Origin: Ignavibacteriota bacterium
Lineage (GTDB): Bacteria > Bacteroidota > Ignavibacteria > UBA10030 > UBA6906
Length of the DNA: 64,000 bases
NCBI GenBank assembly: GCA_016707525.1
Contig: JADJHP010000003.1
Span: 76,677 to 140,676 of the forward strand
Direction: 5' to 3'
Part shown: positions 51,701 through 60,443 of the stretch, in pieces
Numbering within the stretch: the first letter of the stretch is position 1
Layout of the letters: every line of letters begins with the position of its first letter
Program-made: the position numbers and the translations under genes
The notes under the pieces: generated by a model
Told to the model about the DNA's origin: nothing
Databases searched by the model: none
Seen by the model: the letters and a program-made list of their open reading frames with translations, nothing else

Positions 51701-51828
51701 CCAGAAGGCGCAACATGGAAAACGGCGGCCGGGGGGAGGGCCCAGGCAGCACTGATGGACAACAGCAGACTGAGGGCGGCGATACGGAATGAGCGGGAGA
51801 ACATCGGAGGCCTCTGCTTGTGGGACAT
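48697..51828 (-). CDS. secreted right-handed beta-helix (pectin-lyase-fold) protein fused to a glycoside-hydrolase-like TIM-barrel domain; probable frameshift near 48813..48821
   Basis: 1043 aa; signal peptide; parallel beta-helix repeats (HNHIHD..., GWGIYFDEG), then GHL/TIM-barrel-like region. Frame restored by +1 nt in the TTTTCCCCC run, giving ...TMGNRQMTRGEKRATAALHYANGADG... Confidence 0.6.
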   Translation of the reverse strand: MSHKQRPPMFSRSFRIAALSLLLSISAAWALPPAAVFHVAPSGNDRAVGDAAHPFASLARAARAVQDLRSARPGLTDTVLVLLHGGRYFLNAPLHLGSGISGSATSPTVIAALPGASPVLSGGAVLTQWTRTTLDGKNVWVAALPAQVRRSNPDVRELWVNGERRSPARFPDSGYLSVDTIPEITPSMDWMEGQRSFVAKPGTVPPKFDLRGAQVVLSTKWVESYLPVTTYEPASRTFRFARRSVFRIDPGDVYYIQSARGALNVPGEWWLDEKQGKIYYLPMPGEDIRSIDAVVPVLEQVMRIEGEPARGRWVEHVVFRGIGFSHAEWFFPKGYTTDSRNPDVGGFNQAATGVPAAVACTGMRHVTFEECAITHTGTYGISLGAACQDNLIQRSEIADLGAGGVFLGLKTLENDRALLTQRNRLLDNHIHSGGKIFHSAIGVWIGQSPFNRLIHNHIHDFEYTGISIGWTWGYGPALAYGNIVELNHVHHIGVLSNGEGPMLSDLGGIYTLGYQRGTEIRRNVFHDIAGRVYGGWGIYFDEGTTNIRAEENLVYRTKHGGFHQHYGKENIFRNNILAFGAEYQVARTRFEPHMSFAFERNIILWSGGPVLFGSMRDSNLIMDRNLYWPVQGSFRYDSLDFSGWQRTGRDVHSLVADPGFADAAGGDFRLKEGSPAFALGFRPFDLSAALSSAPVGDATLPPRFARRLIYNNDGSSIPMDFDSLTVRDIHGRVDPIAEAGVTTFIYNINPGQNPGYPSSVESMFHWPDAPVHAKEGWPLLGARMSRNLARFGTDSLDQVRIVLDRARLRGMEAFLSFRMNELHDVDKPESPLLGDFWKAHPEWRVGGYAGWGKEALNYAVPEVRAYFYSLVREALERYDMDGFELDFMRFPYYFPLKPDSMTHFAGILTDFVGRVRGVVDSISVARGHRILLTARVPSSLKGCAYLGVDPATWCTKGMIDVLAIAPFLSTENDINAREFKAVCGPVPVYAAQEFTMGNRQMTRGKSGQQLRCTTPTALTGSTCSTTSWHGMEGSNLIWRSCMS

Positions 51829-51966
51829 GCCAATGTAGCAAGTGCATCAGGACGATGCAAGCAAGAACAGCACCAATTTAAAGGAGTTAACAACCTCTCG
51901 TTAAACCGCTGTCCTTCTCCTCCGGTCTAATGAGGACGAATCTCCGATACCACCCCGGGCCACCCG

Positions 51967-54799
51967 ATGCGCATTCTCACGTTCTGCATTCTCACCGCCT
52001 TATTCGCCTTCCCGGCGAGGTCCCGATCGCATGAGATCCATGGATGCGTTCTTGCCATGGATTCACGCATCCCTGTCTCCGGCGCGATCATCACCCTTTC
52101 ACACGACACAGACACCGCCGTTGTTCATCGCACCTGGACCGATACCAGCGGCGTCTTCAGGTTCGCAGAGATCGATCCCGGCACGTATCTCCTGCAGGTC
52201 AACCATCTCGCCTACCATCACGCACGGCGGACCATCACGATCACGGCTTCCTCAGGACAGATCGAAGATGTCCTGTTGCGGCCACGCACGATCCCTATCG
52301 GTGAAGTCCTGGTCCACGCAACCCCTCCCGCCGTCCAGAAGGCCGACACAACGGAATATGTTGCCGACGCGTTCAAGCTCCATCGCGATGCGCAGGCGGA
52401 AGACCTCTTGATGAAGCTTCCCGGTGTCTCGGTGACGGAGGGCATCGTGCGTGCCGGGGGTGAAGAGGTGAAGCAGGTCCTGGTGGATGGCCGCCCGTTC
52501 TTCGGCACCGATCCGTTGATCGCTCTGCGCAACATCCCCGCCGACGCCATCGAGAAGGTGCAGGTCTTCGAGAAGATGAGCGAGCAGTCGGAGTTCACCG
52601 GGTTCGATGACGGCCAGTCGATGCGGACCATCAACATCATCACACGTGAAAGCCGGCGCCGGTCGCAATTCGGACGCGCATCCGCAGGCTATGGTGAGAG
52701 CGGCAGGTATGTCGCCACCGGCTCCGGCAATATTTTCAACGGCACCCAGCGGATCTCCCTGCTGGGGCAGAGCAACAACGCGAACCAGCAGAACTTCTCG
52801 GCACAGGACATCCTGGGCAGCCTGGGAGGCCCACCGGGTGGAGGTGGGCCGCGGGGAGGATTCGGTGAGGGGCGGCCACGCGGTGGACCGGGAGGCGGGC
52901 CGGGCGGCGGAGCCGGGGGTGCGCCTCCGCAGGGGGGGATGGGACGCCCGGGAGGGACCGTCGAACTCGCCAACAGCATGATCGGGATCCAGAGCGGCAT
53001 CTCGACGGTCCACTCGATCGGAACGAACTATACCGATATGTGGCAAAGCGGTGTGAACATCACAGGAAGCTACTTCTTCAACCGGTCGGACAACGAGAAC
53101 GACCGATCAACGCATCGCGACTACACCATCGCCGGCGATACGCGGACCGCATACGAAGAGCGGTCGACGGGCTCCACCGGTAATGGCAACCACCGGTTCA
53201 GCATGCGGCTCGACGTTCCGATCGACTCCATGAACTCGTTGCTGTTCGTTCCCAACGTCAGCTATCAATCCACCGACGGCATCAGCGTCATGGATGGTGC
53301 CTCGCTCTTCGCGGGCGGATCGTCCAGCGTGGCATCGACCGACAGTTGGTCCAGCAGCACGGGGTACACCCTTTCGCAGAACGTGTTGTACCGTCACAAA
53401 TTCGACCTGCCGGGGCGCACCATCTCGGTGGACGCCACGCTTTCCGGGAACGCCCGCGACCGGGACGCGACGCTGGGGTCTTCGGTATCGACCGACGGCA
53501 ACCTGGCCGATCTCACGCGGCAACAACGATCGACGGAGATCTCGGGGCTGGGATACTCGGCGCGTGTGGCATACACAGAACCCATGACGGTGAACAGCCA
53601 GGCGCAGGTCGAAGTGCAATCCTCGCTCACGCGGTCCGCATCGGACACGCGGACGTACAACGAGGATAGCATTGGCGTGCGCACCCTCGATCAGGCATTG
53701 TCGAACAGCTACGACAACCTGTACTGGTCGCAGCGCGGAGGAGTGAGTTATCAGATCAGGACAACGTCAACACGGTTCACTGTCGGAGCGGCGCTGGAGA
53801 GGGCCACGCTGGAGGGTGAGCGGAGGTATCCGTCCGACGCGGAGTCCAGGTATACATTCTGGTCCGTGCTGCCAAGCGTGACACTGGATCACTCCCCTGC
53901 GCTCGGACATCACTTCCGGGTGAACTATCGCGGTTCGACACAGGCACCGTCGATCACCCAGTTGCAGGATGTCGTGGACAACAGCAACCCGCTCTTCCTG
54001 AGCGGCGGCAATCCGTCCCTCCGGCAAACGTACACCCATTCGCTCACCGCGCGGTTGCTCGAGACCGAAGCGGACCGCGCGACAAGCAGGATGTTCATGG
54101 TGATGGTGTCGGCGGCCAATGACTACGTCGCGAACCACATCCGGACGCTTCATGCGCGACACGATCCTTGCCGGTGGTGTTGGAGCGACCGCCGGGAGTC
54201 AGATCACGACACCGGTGAACATGTCGGGTTACTGGAGCGTTCGCGGGAATGCGGACTTCGGATTCCCTCTCGAAGACATCTCCAGCAACCTCAATTTGAG
54301 CACCAATGCCTCCGTGAGCCATTCCCCCGGCATGTTGAATGACTTGGTGTATGCCACGACGGGTTGGTCCTTCGGAGGGGGCCTCGCGGTGGGAACGAAC
54401 GTGGGCCGTGAAGTGGATGGGCATCTGACGTACAACGCAACGTACACGACGAGCAGGAACACGCTCACGCAGAATTCGCAGGCGTCATACCTCACCCAGA
54501 CAGCGAGTCTGCGATCCACGCTCACATTCTGGGACATCGTGGTGGTACGCAATCAAGCGTCCTATATGCTGCGGACGGGATTGGCCGGCGGACAGGACCA
54601 GGACAGTTTTCTGTGGACGGCGACGGTGGGGATGAAATTCCTGGCCGAGAGCCGGGGGGAGGTGCGGTTGACGATGTACGACATCCTGGATCAGAACAAG
54701 AGCATCGGGAGGACGGTAACGGAATCCTACATTGAGGACACCACGAACCGTGTTCTCCCGCGGTATCTCATGCTCACGGTCGAGTACATGTGGCGGTAG
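51967..54799 (+). CDS. TonB-dependent/SusC-like outer membrane receptor with N-terminal carboxypeptidase-regulatory-like domain; frameshift near 54140..54155
   Basis: ORF 51967..54342 (signal peptide, CarbopepD_reg-like, plug domain, Gly-rich linker, beta-barrel) continues in ORF 54119..54799 in another frame, ending in a C-terminal aromatic-rich beta-strand (...TVEYMWR). Confidence 0.65.
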
Positions 54800-54892
54800 G
54801 AAGAAGCATCCCGCCACGAGCAGCATAGCGGGATGCGCACCACAACCGTGAGGCTGCCTGCAATTTGTCTGGCAGCATCTATTCATGTGGCA

Positions 54893-56272
54893 TTACAGGA
54901 GCGTCCCCGCCAGGATGAAGGAAGCGACGCTGAAGTAGATCACCAGTCCTGTCACGTCAACAAGCGTTGCCACGAACGGTGCCGATGAAGCCGCGGGATC
55001 TGCACCGAGTGCCCTGAGGAGGAACGGCAGCATCGATCCGGACAAGGTACCCCACATCACCACCCCCACCAGACTTCCCGAGACGGTCAGCCCCACCAGC
55101 AGCCAGTGTTCGCCGTAGATCGGCGAGAATGCCGACCAGACTGCAATGCGAAGGAATCCGATTGATCCGAGGATGAGGCCAAGGATGAGTCCGGAGAGAA
55201 GCTCGCGTCTCATGACACGCCACCAGTCCGCCAGCCTGATCTCTTCGAGTGCCATCGCACGGATGATCAGGGTCGCGGCCTGCGACCCGGAATTGCCCCC
55301 GCTGGAGATGATCAGGGGGACGAACAACGCGAGGACGACGGCGCGGGCGATCTCGTTCTCGAAGTAGCCCATGGCCGTTGCCGTGAGCATCTCCCCTAGG
55401 AAGAGAACCACCAGCCATCCGGCACGCTTCCACACGAGCGTGAGGAGTGGTGTTGCGGCATACGGGGTCTCGACCGCTTCCAGACCGCCGAATTTGTGAA
55501 TGTCTTCGGTGTGCTCTTCCTGCGCAACGGCCAGGGCATCGTCGACGGTCACGATGCCGATCAGGACGCCTTCTTTATCGACCACCGGAAGTGCGGTCCG
55601 CCCGTAGCGCTGGAACATCTGAATGGACGCTTCCCTGTCTTCCGTGACGTTCAGGGAGACGACGATCCCGTCGGCGATCGATCCGATGGACACCTCGGGG
55701 GGAGCGAGGAGGAGTTCGCGGAGCCGTACGTCATCCAGAAGGACTCCCTTGGTGTTGACGATATAGATGACATCGAACGTCTCGCTGTCGCGTCCGTGTT
55801 TCCGGAGGTTCTCCATGACCGCCGCAATGGTCGTTTCAGGCCGGACGGCAAGGTACTCGGGCGTCATGAGGCGCCCGATGCTGTTCTCGGGATATCCCAG
55901 CAGGGCCTGAGCAACGCGCCGTTCGTCGGGAGAGAGAGATCCGATCAGGTCACGTGCGATCGTACCGGGAAGGTCCTCGAGCAGTGCGGTACGGTCGTCG
56001 GGGTGCATCTCGTCCAGCAGCGAGACCACCTCGGCCTTGCCGAGTTCGGCGAGCAGTTCCCGCTGGGCGGTGCCGTCCAGGTATTCGAACGTCTCCAGGG
56101 CGATCTGTTTCGGGAGGAGGCGGAACAGGACGGCGCGGTCGGTCGGTTTGATATCCTCGATCACCTCGGCGATATCGGGGACGAGCATCTCTTTGAAGAC
56201 GGCCTGCAGGCCGCTGAAGTCGCGCGAAGCGATGAATGCTTCGAGTTCCGGTTGGATGATCTTGCCGATCAT
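54893..56272 (-). CDS. mgtE: magnesium transporter MgtE
   Basis: ORF 54893..56467 trimmed to MIGKIIQPELEAF (ATG 56272); N-domain, tandem CBS domains and C-terminal 5-TM MgtE domain. Confidence 0.85.
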   Translation of the reverse strand: MIGKIIQPELEAFIASRDFSGLQAVFKEMLVPDIAEVIEDIKPTDRAVLFRLLPKQIALETFEYLDGTAQRELLAELGKAEVVSLLDEMHPDDRTALLEDLPGTIARDLIGSLSPDERRVAQALLGYPENSIGRLMTPEYLAVRPETTIAAVMENLRKHGRDSETFDVIYIVNTKGVLLDDVRLRELLLAPPEVSIGSIADGIVVSLNVTEDREASIQMFQRYGRTALPVVDKEGVLIGIVTVDDALAVAQEEHTEDIHKFGGLEAVETPYAATPLLTLVWKRAGWLVVLFLGEMLTATAMGYFENEIARAVVLALFVPLIISSGGNSGSQAATLIIRAMALEEIRLADWWRVMRRELLSGLILGLILGSIGFLRIAVWSAFSPIYGEHWLLVGLTVSGSLVGVVMWGTLSGSMLPFLLRALGADPAASSAPFVATLVDVTGLVIYFSVASFILAGTLL

Positions 56273-56460
56273 GGGGTGTTCTCTACGATGGTTCGTTCGC
56301 TGAGCGAAGACAGGTAAAAAGCGATTATCAGCACCGTGACGGCGATTCCGGGCATGGACGATCAATGGACAAGGGTGGAGACGGTACGGACCTTCTGAGG
56401 ACTGGAGGTGGTTGGCCCAAGATACCATCATAAGGTCGGAGAGTGGCGAGGAAAAAGCAA

Positions 56461-56495
56461 TTGACATTTTCCCCGAGAAGCATTATCTTGAAAAT
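56461..56495 (+). promoter_or_regulatory. candidate sigma70-type promoter for tRNA-Asn (TTGACA, 17 bp, TATCTT)
   Basis: ttgacattttccccgagaagcattatctt read directly; ~60 nt upstream of the tRNA 5' end. Confidence 0.35.
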
Positions 56496-56557
56496 ATCCT
56501 CCGGGTTGGACAATGAGCGGTACATCGCGGTGGTTCAGCGAAGAGGATGAGGTAGAT

Positions 56558-56629
56558 TCCGCGATAGCTCAATGGTAGAGCATGCGGCTGTTAACCGCAG
56601 GGTTGCAGGTTCGAGTCCTGCTCGCGGAG
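56558..56629 (+). tRNA. tRNA-Asn (anticodon GTT)
   Basis: Manual cloverleaf: acceptor TCCGCGA/TCGCGGA, D-arm GCTC/GAGC, anticodon stem TGCGG/CCGCA with loop CTGTTAA, T-arm GCAGG-TTCGAGT-CCTGC; no encoded CCA. Confidence 0.85.
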
Positions 56630-56635
56630 CACAAG

Positions 56636-56672
56636 AAAGCCCCGGAAGAAATTCCGGGGCTTTCTGCGTTTT
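56636..56672 (+). terminator. rho-independent terminator after tRNA-Asn (12-bp stem, GAAA tetraloop, U-tract)
   Basis: AAAGCCCCGGAA-GAAA-TTCCGGGGCTTT followed by CTGCGTTTT. Confidence 0.75.
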
Positions 56673-56722
56673 GGAACACGCCCTACGCTATGCAATCGTG
56701 GCATCCCTGATGGCGATCACCA

Positions 56723-59413
56723 CTACCGGAGAACCAAAAGCCTCCCGGGTCTCCGTGAAGTTGCCCCCTGCAGTCTATAGAAATAGACCCCGCTTGAAAA
56801 TCCTCCCGCATCGAATTGCACGCTATGATCCCCCGCATCCTGTTCTCCATCCTGCAGAACGGCGACCTGCTGGCCGAGAACGTTGAACACCGTGAGCTTC
56901 ACGCGCATGCGTGCAGGCAAGGCGAACCGGATGGTAGTTGTCGGATTGAAAGGATTGGGAAAGTTCTGCGCAAGCATGAATCCTCCAACAGGATCGGCAC
57001 GCCTCTCCCGGACGGCAGTAACCGACGACCCGGGACTTTTCAGCAGCGTTCCCGCATTGCCGGCGATGAGCTGGGTCTGCCCGTTCACAACCGCGATGGT
57101 ATGCAGATCCTGCGTCGTCCCGCTCACCATGTACCCCCACGTCGCTCCTCCATCGGTCGTCCTGAGGATCGTGCCCCGGGCTCCCGCCACCCAACCGGAA
57201 TCGCGGCCGGAGAATGCAACGGCATTCAGGGATGATCGCGTTGGGACCCCCTGTTGCAGGATCCAGACTTCGCCACCATTCGTTGTCCGGTAGATACGGC
57301 CGAAGTCCCCCACGAGGTATCCTGTCAGCGAGTCTGCGAATGTCATGCTCTGCATGGTGAGCGTATCGGTAAAGGTCCAGACCGTCCAGGTGGCACCGCT
57401 GTCCTGTGTCGCCGCCAGAGTGCCATGGTCCCCCATCGCCCATCCTCGCGATGGATCAGCGAAGTATACACCCCGGAGAGTCCTGGTGGTCGACAACGGT
57501 ACGAGCGTCCAATGTATGCCGCCATTCGTGGTCGTGTAGAGCACACCTCCCGTTCCCACAACCCATCCACGGGTGGCCGAGAGCATCTGGATCGCGCACA
57601 GGCGGCCACCCTCAGGCACGCTGACAAGCGACGGCTCCCAGGAAACACCGCCGTCTGATGTGCGGTTTATCGCCGCAGAGTCGATGACCCAGCAACGGAG
57701 TGGATCCACCGCACTCACTCCATATGACGGTTTGTTTGATTGAGAAGATACGGCCGCCCAGGTGAGTCCGGCATCCGTTGATCGAAGGAGCCCCGACTCT
57801 CCCGCCAGCCACCCTGACGCAGGGCTCGTGAAAGTGACCGCATTGATCGCCCCGGGCGTTGGTGAAGCAACACGCTCCCACGCAGGAGGGGCGGGCTTCA
57901 TGTTCACCGTGAATGTGATGCTGTCTCCCGGGAAACCGATCTCCGAGAGATCCAGATTCCCCATCAGCCCTGATGCGAGGATGCACGCCGGATTCGTCAT
58001 CCCGCTGATCGCCGTGCGTGCTGGCCTGCAGAATGCAGCGGAATCCAGCGTGCCGTTCAGTTGGAAACCAAGGTAGGGATTGCCGCCCGGTCGATAGGGA
58101 TACACTTCATCGGGAGGGCCATCCGCATTTCCGCGAAGGAGACTATCGATCCGGTATACCAGCAACCCTTCGCCCGGAAGAATGCTCTCAAAGATGGAAG
58201 TCCGCTTCCGATACTCAAGGATGAAGCACTCGCCTTCCACAGGAGAATCGATCCTGTAGCAGTTGTTCGAGGGTGAAGTCAAGGGCCGAAGAGAATAGCG
58301 CCCCGATGTTGTGATCCGCGGGATCGTGTCGATCCATCCCAGGTATTTGTACCGGAGCCATGCCCCGGTGTGTTGAGGGATCTCCCGGGTATCCGCCATG
58401 AGATCCCAACGACCGACTGGAACAACGTTATCCGATGTGGTGTACCGATACGTGTCAGGCGCACCAAGCGAATGTAACATTTCATGGACGAACACGGCAA
58501 CGGTGGCACGCGACTGCATCTGGACATTGAACAAGTTCACCTTCTTCGTCCCGATCATCGGGCCCATATCCCGCATCGACGACATATGAGGCCAGAGGAA
58601 GGTACCCCGTGCAACAGGATCACCCTGTATGATGAAGCACACGTTGTCGACATACCCGTCCCCATCGCCGTCGAGCACAAGGCCGTTGGGGATCTGGCCA
58701 GCGATAGCGCTGATCGCCCGGTCAGTGAGTTCCCGTTCGCGGATGTACCGTTGCGAGGGTGGATAGCCGATGGTGTCGCTTGCGCTGTACGGATAGTAGT
58801 ACGCGCGGGGCCGGACATCCAGATACGAGAGGACCGTGGATCCCGGCTGTGTCGGGAAGAACGATGTCATCACCTCAAGCCGGCCGAACGATATCTCCCG
58901 GATGTAGTTGTACACCGAGCTCACTCCAGGAGTGGCCTCATTGAATTTGGCGACATACTGCGCGAAGCTATCCCCGAATGCGTCATCATCACTGAAGCGT
59001 ACGAAGATGACCAGGTTGGACATCACGCCGGTCCTCGGCGTGGCCGCGTGCACTGGCGGTGCATACTCCGGCGTCAGGGCACGGATCGCCTCTTCCGCCT
59101 GGAGGGAAATGTTCGCGTGCGGAAGCAGCCCTGCGCCGGCGGGATCATCTCGGCCGGGGAGTTCGGCTGTCGGGACAAGCAACTCTCCCCTCCGCTCGGC
59201 GTACACGTAGAACCCACTCGTCCGGTCCTGGATGATGGTGAACCCGTTGCGGTCGTGGAGCCAGTTATGATACTCGTCGCCTGTCGCAAAGCATTGCAGC
59301 GTACTGCCGTCCGGTTGCCGGACGGTGACCGGAACATCGTGCAGGTACGCCGTGTGTGAGATGAACGGAAGGAGAAAGAGGCACGTGATAAGAATGGCAA
59401 TGCGCATGTGCAC
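56723..59413 (-). CDS. secreted M6-family (immune inhibitor A-like) zinc metalloprotease fused to a BNR/Ycf48-like beta-propeller and a T9SS C-terminal sorting domain
   Basis: 896 aa; signal peptide; HEMLHSLG (HExxH) zincin motif; repeated S-x-D-x-G-x-T-W (BNR) units; C-terminal ~80 aa match the Por_Secre_tail/T9SS CTD pattern (FPNPFNP...KLTVFNVLGQQVAVL...GVYFYRL). Confidence 0.75.
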   Translation of the reverse strand: MHMRIAILITCLFLLPFISHTAYLHDVPVTVRQPDGSTLQCFATGDEYHNWLHDRNGFTIIQDRTSGFYVYAERRGELLVPTAELPGRDDPAGAGLLPHANISLQAEEAIRALTPEYAPPVHAATPRTGVMSNLVIFVRFSDDDAFGDSFAQYVAKFNEATPGVSSVYNYIREISFGRLEVMTSFFPTQPGSTVLSYLDVRPRAYYYPYSASDTIGYPPSQRYIRERELTDRAISAIAGQIPNGLVLDGDGDGYVDNVCFIIQGDPVARGTFLWPHMSSMRDMGPMIGTKKVNLFNVQMQSRATVAVFVHEMLHSLGAPDTYRYTTSDNVVPVGRWDLMADTREIPQHTGAWLRYKYLGWIDTIPRITTSGRYSLRPLTSPSNNCYRIDSPVEGECFILEYRKRTSIFESILPGEGLLVYRIDSLLRGNADGPPDEVYPYRPGGNPYLGFQLNGTLDSAAFCRPARTAISGMTNPACILASGLMGNLDLSEIGFPGDSITFTVNMKPAPPAWERVASPTPGAINAVTFTSPASGWLAGESGLLRSTDAGLTWAAVSSQSNKPSYGVSAVDPLRCWVIDSAAINRTSDGGVSWEPSLVSVPEGGRLCAIQMLSATRGWVVGTGGVLYTTTNGGIHWTLVPLSTTRTLRGVYFADPSRGWAMGDHGTLAATQDSGATWTVWTFTDTLTMQSMTFADSLTGYLVGDFGRIYRTTNGGEVWILQQGVPTRSSLNAVAFSGRDSGWVAGARGTILRTTDGGATWGYMVSGTTQDLHTIAVVNGQTQLIAGNAGTLLKSPGSSVTAVRERRADPVGGFMLAQNFPNPFNPTTTIRFALPARMRVKLTVFNVLGQQVAVLQDGEQDAGDHSVQFDAGGFSSGVYFYRLQGATSRRPGRLLVLR

Positions 59414-59856
59414 CCCCAGCGTGAAGCGGTCTGAAATCTGGAATCACGGGAGGAAAGGGATCAGGACGGGATTGATACGAATCCCCCACTCCGATCAATC
59501 AACATCATTAGGTGGGGGCATCTGCTCCTCTCTCCCTTTCCGGTGAGGTGTCGAATTGTCCGACATGGCATTGCTGATCGGTCAAGGGCCATATCGTTCC
59601 CCGGTGATGCCATTCAATAATACGGCTCGGCAGCGAGGTTGTCAAATCCGATGTGAACCACGAATGATCACCGCGAACGAACTTTCCGTCACTTCATGTC
59701 CCGTCTGGGAGTCGATGTTGCTCATCATACGATCCATTCATTCAGCAGAAGATATGTACCATCCGTGATAGGAGACCCCGCCTTGCCTGCCATCAAGCAG
59801 CTTGGGCGATGATCCAAGAAGAAGAGGTAGATGTGGACCCGGCTACCCAGCCTTTT

Positions 59857-60162
59857 TCACATACCCTTCAGCACTCTGCTTACCCAGACCCTGATCACTC
59901 CCAAATGCTGGGCCAGATCCGTTTGCGTCGTGAATGGTCCGTCGTCAAGCATTCGGCGGTACAGTCGTTGTAGCGCCACATAGTCGATTCGTGATCTGGT
60001 GATCCTCTCCGTAACGAATGGGAGTATCAGACCGCACTCACGCAAGTGCATGATTCCGCCCGCCGATATCTCCCGCGACGAATGGAGAGTCGCTTCAGTG
60101 ATCGAAAAGACCTTCTCACCATGTGCGGAATTGCGGATTTCAAGGGGAATCCGGACCAACAA
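59857..60162 (-). pseudogene. remnant of a Crp/Fnr-family regulator (C-terminal HTH fragment only)
   Basis: 101-aa ORF ending ...TQTDLAQHLGVIRVWVSRVLKGM, the Crp/Fnr DNA-binding HTH pattern (TRETVSRVL); N-terminal cNMP-binding domain absent; region is AT-richer than the flanks. Confidence 0.4.
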
Positions 60163-60192
60163 AAGTTTGAGTTATGGTGTCTTTCGCGGAGC

Positions 60193-60230
60193 AAGGGGTC
60201 CCCTCAGACGGGACCCCTTTTTCTTTTTTG
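60193..60230 (+). terminator. orphan rho-independent terminator (GGGGTCCC-loop-GGGACCCC + UUUUUCUUUUUU) with no obvious upstream gene
   Basis: Read directly on the + strand; 8-bp GC stem, 7-nt loop, 13-nt U-tract. Confidence 0.55.
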
Positions 60231-60443
60231 TCCAGTGTTGCAGGCTGAGTCCCGATGCCCTTCATCGGGACGAAATCCCTCCGTTCGTTAGCGGGATGCG
60301 AGTTGAGCCCCTCAATTTTGCACATAGTCTCCCCCGTTGCATTAGCAGGATCCTGCTCGCTGGCCCCCCCGATTGTACTGGAGTAAGTCCACATATTTAG
60401 TTAAATTTGTGGAGTCATCATCCACATATTTGGGGCCCGCATT

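Noticed and set aside
52790-52990. GC-rich low-complexity DNA (GGPPGGGGPRGGFGEGRPRGGPGGGPGGGAGG...) that looks repeat-like
   Set aside because: It encodes a Gly/Pro-rich flexible linker inside the outer-membrane receptor; no defined repeat unit or spacer structure, so not a CRISPR or satellite.
56273-56557. Possible M-box (Mg2+) riboswitch upstream of mgtE
   Set aside because: I looked for the conserved GUUAGGUGAGGCU / CUAAUG-type M-box cores on the minus strand and could not find them. The region may still contain an unrelated regulatory element, but I cannot support an M-box call.
59999-60400. 133-aa + strand ORF in the degraded island
   Set aside because: It spans the intrinsic terminator hairpin and U-tract and has no protein-like features; more likely non-coding.
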